Positions 57,101 to 63,852 of a DNA stretch of 63,852 nt are shown here, piece after piece; the first letter of the stretch is position 1; each line of letters starts with the position of its first letter. The DNA is from Schmidtea polychroa (lineage: Eukaryota): contig CM097885.1 of NCBI GenBank assembly GCA_044892525.1, positions 247,256,001-247,319,852 of the forward strand. The letters run 5' to 3'. Position numbers and translations under genes: made by a program. The notes beneath the pieces are model-generated. The model saw only the letters and a program-made list of their open reading frames with translations, did not search any database and was not told the origin of the DNA.

Positions 57101-60100
57101 TTATAATTTTTATTTTGTTTATCCAATTAAACTTTCCGTATGTCAGTTGAAAAAAACTGATTTAATCGGTCAAAGAAAATTAATTAAAGAACATTTACAA
57201 AATTTATTACATTTAACCCTGTAATAACATCCTCAAAATTCAGTCTGAAACTCAATTATAACTTTTGTGTGAAGTGCCTCATGATACTGTTTCTCTTAAT
57301 GGGTAAAGGTTTCTCGCGGGATTTCATTTAACACCCTATGACATTGGTTATTGTGTTATATTACAAATTTAAGAAAAATGGATTTGTGATTTTTACTCGT
57401 GAAGCATTTTACAGATTGAAATTGATAGTAACGCGCATTAAAACAATAAAAATGTACAAATATTTCATTCAAAAATATCCTCACACTTCGGAACCCTATG
57501 CGTAACATTAGGGGTTGACATGCAACGCGCGTAAAAAATTATTGCGCTTTAGTTTTAAAAATCTCAAATCTCCAATTTAGTTAGAAATGTAAATATTTAA
57601 TACCTGACTAAATCCACAAGCGATATTGGCAACCGAGATTGTAATTGATGGAATATTGTTTGATAAATCCCCGGGACTATCTATCAATGTGTACATGCAA
57701 CTTCCTTGAAATGAAAACATTTGACCATCTAAAGTCTTGTAATGTGGATCACCATAAGCTATGCAAACAGCTGGAAGAAAATATTAACCAAACATTGAGC
57801 TGAAATTATCAATTTACCTTCGCAATTGGCTGTTTCCTTTGACAAAAGAGTCCACATTCTGTTTGAACAAATATATTTTGCACATTTAATAGTAATGACA
57901 TCATTCGGTGCATATTCTCGACTCATATAGATGCATGGGCAGTCAGATGGTTGAACGCAAGTTCCCTTTTATAAATTTATAATATCATAACACTTAAATT
58001 CAATTCTAATACATCTTTTTTTGAAACGGTACCATTGGGACAGCCACATGAATTTGCGATTGAAGAAGTATCAGTGCATGTATCGTAATTGGTGCAACTA
58101 TTGCACTGATCTACAGAATCCATATAGACTTGATTTTTTGGGCAAACTGGATTAGTACAATTGTCCTTGGTTTTGCAATTCAATCGTCCATTAACACAAA
58201 CACTGAAATAATAATATTCTATTGGGTTTTCAAAAAATGTTTTATGTACCAAGTTTGACAGTTGATAGTGATATTCGTTCCTGCAGGGATTTCTGGATCT
58301 TTTGGCCTTGAAGGATTCCAACATGTACATTCAGACTCTGAAACACATTGCCCTGTTCCTGTTTTATAATAATTTGGAGCGCATTCACATCCAGGAAAAC
58401 AATCATCTTCGCATTTACTAGCAGTAGCTTCATTTAGTTCTCGACATGTACTTTTGCAAGTGCGAGAACATATCTGAAAAACTGTTCCTCCAGCTTCGCA
58501 CAGTGGAACTACAAATATATTTAAACCAAATTTTCTTAGTTTAATGACTTATTTACTGCATGATTTTAAATGATTCGATGTAAAGGGCACTTCATATTGG
58601 ATGCCAAATCGTCTACAGGCAATAGCTGCATTCAGAATCGCTGAACAGTATGAAAGGGGTTGGCCTTTATCGGATGTTTGTTCTCGGCGACAATAAGTTG
58701 AGTAAAATTCTTTGTCGACTTTACTGCTGTTCATGCAAGCACTGAATTCGGGACCATTTAAAATCGTCGAACAAATGTCATTCTAATATTATAAGATAAT
58801 TAAAGTGAACTATCACTCATCAATTACATCTCCCGAGGGTGGATCAACAATATTTTGAGGGGTATTTGCACAGCTGCCCGTCATATATGATTTTGCAATA
58901 TTGACAATTGACTCGCGGATCGAATTTTCTTTTTCCGTGAAATCATTTTCTGAGTTTCCATCAAACTTTCCACATAATCCGATTAACTAAATCATTTTAT
59001 TAACCATATTTTAATAAAGAAATATCAACATTATTTTTTAGGGTGTCGCTGGCTTTGATATAAATAGACTTGCTGCCATCGAAATATAATTTAAAATGGC
59101 TGCTGAGTTTAACTTCGATATAAATATTTGTCAACTTTCTTATGTGAATATTTTTATCTGGTATGGTAAATGGAAGCTTTGTGGTGAAATCCTCTCCGTC
59201 AATAAATACATTAGTCTGAGAATCCCCCAATTTCGGCGAGGTAGCTTTTAAAATAATTTCTGATCCATTCATTTTTACACTCACGATTTTTGGTTCATTT
59301 ATAAATGCTGAACTTCCTTCCGAACCATGCATATTTTCTGTATTGCTTTGGATGATAACAAACACATTAGCTCTATCATCGGTATTATTTGCAGAGGGCT
59401 CTACAGCGACATATTGACATCCTACATCATTGAAAGCAAATTTTGCTCCATCAAAAGTATCAAACTGGGTTCCCATTATGCCACAAGTTGATGGGCATAT
59501 TTTTTCAGTGCAGTGCCAAAGCGAAGAATTGCATGTACTTAAAATTAAATATCGTTAGAAGTAAATCAGTTTTAAACGATTACCATGTGTTACAGTCAAA
59601 TTGTCTGACAGTTCCTGGAGGATGTTCCTGGCCATCATAAAGACATGGACAGCTTTCTGGTTTAATACAAGTGTTTCCATATTCAACTTCTCCTGGACCA
59701 CATATACATCGTCCGACTTTCGAATTCTGGCAGTATACACTTGGGGATTGGAAAAGATTTCTACATGTGACTGGGCATTCTGAAGCACAGTCTGACCATA
59801 CTTTATTGCCAAGACATTGCGTTTCTAGAAATATTCAATTACAATGTGCATTGTATTTTTCTAATGAAAATATACCACAAAGGGTATCGCTTCTCCATTG
59901 GATACATGAGCCTTTTGCTGAGCAAGAATCTGAATATGCTGATAAATGAGTGCATAATATATCAGAAACATTCGGAATTTCTAGGGTGGTGTTTGAGTTC
60001 TGGGATTTTCTGCAGATGTTCTCGACACACATAGAAAAGTAGGTATCAGAATTAACCTAAACAATTAATTTATATCAATGTATTATATGAAAAGTAATTA

Positions 60101-63100
60101 CTAAATCTGCACATCCGGGAAATTTCAGTCTTATTTTGCTGCACTGTTGATTTGCTAATATTTGATCGTCAGACTTGCATGTTGAAATAGTGTTTGCAAT
60201 ATCGGGACACTAAATATATTATATTATTAATAAATTAAATAATTATTTTATGGACAGATTTACAAATTATTAATGTGATTTATCTCATATTAATTGGCTT
60301 GTAATATTTTTAAATTTAATATTTAAAAATAAATATGAATAATTTAAAATAAATGGTTGTGAAGAAATTAAAATAAAATATATTTAATTTTTTAAATGAT
60401 TAACAAATTTAACATTAATCTCTAAGAAAATTTATATTTTGGTATATTNNNNNNNNNNNNNNNNNNNNNNNNNNNNNNNNNNNNNNNNNNNNNNNNNNNN
60501 NNNNNNNNNNNNNNNNNNNNNNNNNNNNNNNNNNNNNNNNNNNNNNNNNNNNNNNNNNNNNNNNNNNNNNNNNNNNNNNAAATTTGCATTTAAAATTATT
60601 ATTTTTGCAAAAAGTTGCATTTATAATTTTACTAGAATAATTTTTTTATAAAAATTTTTAAATTAATTTTAATTATTTAAATATGATTATAAAAATAAAA
60701 AAAATATGTTTCATAATGTTTATTCACTTTCCGGTAACAATGTTCCAATTTTATCGCTTGAATTGTAATAGAATATAAAATATTTAAAAACGTTATCTTT
60801 AGCAAAGTTCCTATCATTGGCAAGTAATTTTTTTAACATAGAAAAACTCCTCTCTCCAGATATTGAAGTGGGCGGGCAATCAATTAAATCAATATACCTC
60901 GATTGCGAAATGTTTTTGTTTTTCGCTTCCATTAACTCACTCATTCCATTTTTATCTAGGTGTAAATTAATAAATTTTTTCAAATCTACGGGCTCATCTT
61001 TAAAATCAATATTTCTTAATGATTTATATCCAGTCTCAATTGTATGTATGTCCATTTCAAATTCATCCAAAACTTTTATTAGCTGGTTATAATTCTTTTT
61101 AATCTCAACTAACTCACTAAACAAACCATCTGATTGAACAGCAATTTTCGTATTTGTCACAACGACTAACTATTCAAACAAATGGAAGTGAATTTGCATT
61201 TATTCGCATTTATTTTTTAAAAATTTGCATTTATTGCGTTTATTTGCAATTATTTGCATTGGAGAGCCCTAATAAATGATATTATTATAAGAATTTTTTT
61301 TAATTTTCACATCTGATTTCTTTTCAATTGACATTTTGTTTATTAAAGAATTGATTATGGATCAGTAAAGATATCGATGTTTTTTTGACATTCACAAGTT
61401 TTCGGCGCATATATAAATCTGTATATGTATATTGGATCTGTTTGGATCAATATTTATTAGACACAATTTAATTATATTAATTGGTTATAAATTGTGATAT
61501 AAAATCTTTCCACAATAACGTTATCTTACTCCTGATCCTTTGAACGAATTACCAAATGAAGCTACATTGTCGAAGTTTTTGAAGTCATTACCGGGAACAT
61601 TGTCTGCATTACCACATAAGCCAGTTACGTCCCCACTGAATATTGAATTGTGTATTGAAACAAAAATATTGCTATGATTATCCCATTTTAATTTTATATT
61701 TCCTGCTTCTAACGATAGTAAAATGAAGTCATCCTGTCTTATTACATACAGAGGAGTTCCTTAATTTTTATGAAAGTCAATTAAAAATATTTCTTTTTGA
61801 AAAATAAAACCTGGTATAATTAAAGCACTGTCAGTGTTGGTGACGGATAAAGCTGTCAATGGATTATCTGAATCAGTCGTATAAAGAAGTCCATCATCGG
61901 TACTTTTAACAATAACTTCGCCGGCTTCAATAACAATTCTCTATATTATAAAATATTAAAAGAAAAAAAAAATCATTTTATTACTTTAACACAGCCTTTT
62001 GCAGAGTTACAGTTTTCATATGCAATATTAATTGACCAAGTTACAGCAGACGCATCGGATGGTGCTGTTAAAATGTAATTACATCTTCCTTCAAATGTGT
62101 ATAGTTGATTGTCGAATGTCCGGTAATAGTCCAATCCATAACTGTGACAAGTGGTAAAATTCTCGCTATTCATATCATTACCCCCTGAATAATAAATTTT
62201 CAATATCACTTGGTATGACACAATTTTCTTTTTACTTGCAAAGTTCGCATTACAGGATACACATGAGCCTGACTGACTACCCCATGATCCTGATTTGTCT
62301 GCACAGCACTCATCATATGAAACCGCTTTTCCTAGGAAGTCTGATTTTTTGGCTGAAAAACATTGATCACTTTGGTAACAATAGAGTTTTGAGGGATGTT
62401 GGTTTTGAATGACTGTGGAATTAGTACAATTATAATTTCTTTTAATAAAACTTATTTACTGGTGGGACTGTCTTCATCACATTGTGTACCAGCATATTTT
62501 TCTTGGCATTTGCATTGATTTGGTGACATACAGACCCCTCCGTTATAGCAACCTCCCTTATCAGCATAACAAACCGCTAATAAATTAATTTTATATTTTA
62601 ATGTTTTTTTTTCAAAATTTTATTTACATATATTGCAGTATGGGAAATTTTCATATCCAACGCAACAATGTTCTTCTGTGACGACTTTTTGTCTAAATAT
62701 AACAGTATCAATGATAAAACCTTTCCAAAACTCTTACAAAGTAAAATTGCATTTCGGTCCAGTTATACCGCTGCTAACGTATAACTGCATGGATAATGCT
62801 TGCTGCCTCGAAGCAGGAATTGAAGAATCGTTGTATTGCTGAGCAATTGGTACAGATTTTTCGTTCAAGTTGTAGTTTTCCATCATCAGGCCAATGTATT
62901 CGTTGCATGGCCTCGTGATGGTATCAATGTCCAGGTTATAATCAAATAGACAATTATTTGGAGAGGAAATTGATCTGTAAATTTATTCATTTTTTTAATG
63001 TCGGATCAAATAAATAATTCCTTACTTTGGTTTAACTCCAATTAAAGTTTTGCCCGATTCAACAGATTGAGTTGTAAGTAGAGCATAAAGCAATATTGAG

Positions 63101-63153
63101 AGTAAGAGTTGATTGAAATTCGTTTGCCAAACAGTATGAGTACAAGTTCCCAT
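1..63153 (-). CDS. Giant secreted SCO-spondin-like / gel-forming mucin-like protein, multi-exon, 3'-partial (about 148 exons, about 14,800 aa in window)
   Basis: Manual splicing at GT..AG junctions gives one continuous reading frame with consistent phases from ATG 63153 to the window edge. Summed exon length 44,326 nt. Contains signal peptide, 3x VWD-C8-TIL, LDLa cluster, 40 discoidin-like modules and Ser/Thr repeat exons. No transcript evidence available. Confidence 0.85.
635..1062 (-). CDS. Subtype-C discoidin-like module exons, copy 4
   Basis: Exons 924-1062 and 635-866, near-identical to the other copies. Confidence 0.85.
1111..2347 (-). CDS. PTS exon 4 (1,237 nt), 5 copies of the 59-aa repeat
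   Basis: Acceptor at 2348, donor at 1110. Matches ORF 1090..2316. Confidence 0.9.
2875..3302 (-). CDS. Subtype-C discoidin-like module exons, copy 3
   Basis: Exons 3164-3302 and 2875-3106, near-identical to copies 1-2. Confidence 0.85.
3351..7416 (-). CDS. PTS exon 3 (4,066 nt), 21 copies of the 59-aa repeat
   Basis: Acceptor at 7417, donor at 3350. Matches ORF 3330..7385. Confidence 0.92.
7944..8371 (-). CDS. Subtype-C discoidin-like module exons, copy 2
   Basis: Exons 8233-8371 and 7944-8175, near-identical to copy 1. Confidence 0.85.
8420..12485 (-). CDS. PTS exon 2 (4,066 nt), 21 copies of the 59-aa repeat
   Basis: TTCAG acceptor at 12486, GTAATAAG donor at 8419. Matches ORF 8399..12454. 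Confidence 0.92.
13012..13439 (-). CDS. Subtype-C discoidin-like module exons, copy 1
   Basis: Exons 13301-13439 (139 nt) and 13012-13243 (232 nt), introns 48, 57, 526 nt. [11 protein letters not shown]|[12 protein letters not shown] ... [12 protein letters not shown] ... [14 protein letters not shown] ... |[16 protein letters not shown]. Confidence 0.85.
13488..21078 (-). CDS. Giant PTS exon 1 (7,591 nt), 41 copies of a 59-aa Ser/Thr repeat
   Basis: Acceptor at 21079-21080, donor at 13487. Phase 2 in, phase 0 out. Repeat [59 protein letters not shown] (38/59 Ser+Thr), 177-bp period, three one-codon deletions. Confidence 0.92.
21000..22210 (-). CDS. LDLa-like module 6, Thr/Pro linker and single subtype-B discoidin-like module
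   Basis: Exons 21915-22210, 21683-21870, 21490-21628 (139 nt), 21202-21433 (232 nt), then the giant exon starting at 21078. [39 protein letters not shown]; [11 protein letters not shown]|IIQPSDITV ... [10 protein letters not shown]. Confidence 0.85.
22116..49506 (-). repeat. Tandem array of 35 near-identical three-exon coding cassettes (periods 773, 797, 770 bp)
   Basis: Unit = exon 139 nt, intron 56, exon 232, intron 105, exon 187 (211 or 184 in variants), intron 54. Example: exons 49216-49354, 48928-49159, 48636-48822. The 34 spacings are 18x773, 14x797, 2x770, summing to 26,612 bp (marker positions 22393 to 49005). Encodes 186/194/185 aa per unit. Confidence 0.93.
49409..50099 (-). CDS. 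Exons 25-27: LDLa modules 3-4, divergent LDLa 5, Thr-rich linker and start of first discoidin-like module
   Basis: Exons 49980-50099, 49827-49937, 49409-49779. [14 protein letters not shown]...[13 protein letters not shown]; [15 protein letters not shown]...[16 protein letters not shown]; [26 protein letters not shown]; ends [14 protein letters not shown]. Confidence 0.88.
50690..50990 (+). pseudogene. Degraded pogo/Tigger (DDE_1-type) transposase remnant in intron 24
   Basis: With one frameshift at about 50785 it reads [28 protein letters not shown] ... [10 protein letters not shown], resembling the pogo-type FLPxNTTSxxQPxDxGIIxxFKxxY motif. Stops downstream, no termini identified. Confidence 0.55.
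51637..51750 (-). CDS. Exon 24: LDLa module 2 (absent from the ORF track)
   Basis: 114-nt phase 1-1 exon with TTAAG acceptor and GTAAG donor. [37 protein letters not shown]. Confidence 0.9.
52601..53065 (+). mobile_element. Non-autonomous hAT element (Tip100-like MITE), 465 bp, internally deleted
   Basis: Termini CAGGCCCG...CGGGCCTG. Perfect 8-bp TSD CTTGTGGA at 52593-52600 and 53066-53073. Subterminal CCTAGGGCGCC motifs, (TA)10 at 52753-52772, and remnant [43 protein letters not shown] (ATG 52784, stop ends 52909) resembling the hAT transposase C-terminus. Confidence 0.9.
53917..54684 (-). CDS. Exons 21-23: C8-3, TIL3, VWC-like and LDLa module 1
   Basis: Exons 54438-54684, 54137-54383, 53917-54080. 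[18 protein letters not shown] ... [29 protein letters not shown]; [35 protein letters not shown]. Confidence 0.92.
54739..57770 (-). CDS. Exons 18-20: VWD domain 3, split by a 2,420-nt intron
   Basis: Exons 57604-57770, 55009-55183, 54739-54965. [29 protein letters not shown] ... ACGFSQ|ATCAKFV ... [13 protein letters not shown] ... [15 protein letters not shown]. Confidence 0.92.
56105..56507. repeat. Inverted pair of short GC-rich 14-15-bp tandem arrays flanking an assembly gap (foldback/MITE-like)
   Basis: Left arm has ACGTCAATTGCGCGG-type units (56105-56159). Right arm has CCGCGCAATTGGCGT x2 plus CCGCGCAATTGACGT (56463-56507), the last being the exact reverse complement of a left unit. 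Confidence 0.6.
56160..56356. other. Assembly gap (197 N) in intron 18
   Basis: Run of N. Confidence 1.
57818..58782 (-). CDS. Exons 14-17: C8, TIL, TIL'-like and VWC-like modules
   Basis: Exons 58557-58782, 58250-58508, 58013-58202, 57818-57965 (introns 47-48 nt). [19 protein letters not shown] ... DDCFPGCEC; [17 protein letters not shown] ... [13 protein letters not shown]. Confidence 0.88.
58828..59537 (-). CDS. Exons 12-13: VWD domain 2
   Basis: Exons 59030-59537, 58828-58986 (43-nt intron). [27 protein letters not shown] ... [16 protein letters not shown]. Confidence 0.9.
59584..60209 (-). CDS. Exons 9-11: C8, TIL and VWC-like modules of assembly 1
   Basis: Exons 60102-60209, 59876-60056, 59584-59824. 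[10 protein letters not shown] ... [22 protein letters not shown]; [18 protein letters not shown] ... [23 protein letters not shown]. Confidence 0.9.
60449..60579. other. Assembly gap (131 N) in intron 8
   Basis: Run of N. Confidence 1.
60720..61160 (-). pseudogene. hAT-like transposase C-terminal fragment in intron 8
   Basis: 146-codon open frame containing [19 protein letters not shown], resembling the hAT dimerization-region motif (TSxxxERxFS). No N-terminal or catalytic region visible. Flanked by repeated TTTGCATTTA motifs and GGAGAGCCCTAA at 61261-61272. Confidence 0.6.
61530..62184 (-). CDS. Exons 6-8: VWD domain 1
   Basis: Exons 61985-62184, 61811-61940, 61530-61759. [28 protein letters not shown] ... 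[11 protein letters not shown] ... [16 protein letters not shown]. Confidence 0.9.
62236..62974 (-). CDS. Exons 2-5: EMI-like (CCxGY), EGF-like and TB-like cysteine modules
   Basis: Exons 62738-62974, 62628-62692, 62460-62576, 62236-62412 (introns 45, 51, 47 nt). Peptides [14 protein letters not shown]; [24 protein letters not shown]; [22 protein letters not shown]. Confidence 0.75.
63026..63153 (-). CDS. Exon 1: start codon and signal peptide
   Basis: [43 protein letters not shown]. Hydrophobic core and V-x-S cleavage-like site, in-frame TGA about 30 nt upstream, GTAAGG donor at 63025. Confidence 0.75.
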
Positions 63154-63852
63154 TTCAATGAATTGGGAATAAGGATAAAAATTTCAAAATTTTACTCCCT
63201 ATTTATATGATTTTTCAAAACTTATCCCCTGTGCAAATCTGGTCGGAAAATGTTCGGATTAAAATTATTGAAATGAAGATTTCCTCACATTATGTTGCCA
63301 TAAACCTCTTCAGTCACATTTGGATAGGGAAAAGTCGTCAGTATAATGCCTCATTATAACTGATCAATTATGTGTCAGCTTGAACTGTTTTTTTGCTGAC
63401 CGAGCATTTTTTTATTATGGACTCTAATTTTTAATTATTTATATATTACTACGCAAAATTTTTTATATAAATTATTTCCATTTATATGATATCTCTATTA
63501 TTTTATTCTCAGATAGAATGATATCCGTGACTAATTTGTTCGGCAAGGATTTTGGTGAAATTCTTCTACACAACAAAGAGGTAGGTTGTAAGGGTAATAA
63601 ATGTGTTTCAAAAGTATAATCTTTATTGCTATGACTGAGATAATATATTGATATGCTTTAACTTAGTTACATATTTATAATATGCCATAAAATATAAACT
63701 TTTTATTGACATAATCAAAATAATTATTTAAAGAATTTTACAAAAATTTTGAAAAATTTCAATGAAGAAATATTTCAGTTGTTCACAATACAATATATAC
63801 TTTTTCGATAAAAAATTATTATACAAAATCTCCACCTTCTACCTTCATCTTT

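Noticed and set aside
63154-63852. Promoter or neighbouring gene upstream of the ATG
   Set aside because: AT-rich with no ORF or motif distinguishable from background, so no regulatory site can be supported.

Overview
AT-rich eukaryotic (metazoan) genomic DNA, almost entirely filled by one minus-strand, intron-rich gene. It starts at an ATG at 63153 and is still in frame when the window ends at position 1. By hand splicing at GT..AG sites with every intron phase consistent, I get about 148 exons (last partial), about 44.3 kb of coding sequence and about 14,800 aa with no stop codon. Predicted architecture, N to C: signal peptide; EMI-like, EGF and TB-like modules; three VWD-C8-TIL assemblies; five LDL-receptor class A (LDLa) modules; 35 near-identical three-exon cassettes (773/797/770 bp, introns included), each encoding a ~151-aa two-cysteine domain I interpret as a highly divergent F5/8 type C (discoidin) fold plus a Thr-rich linker; one more LDLa-like module and a second domain subtype; then giant Ser/Thr exons (41, 21, 21 and 5 copies of a 59-aa repeat) separated by a third subtype. 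It is best described as a giant SCO-spondin-like / gel-forming-mucin-like protein. The four long introns hold DNA-transposon debris (hAT MITE with 8-bp TSD, hAT-like ORF fragment, pogo/Tigger remnant, inverted 15-bp arrays). Most plus-strand ORFs in the track are antisense shadows. Domain names come from motif recognition by eye, not database searches.
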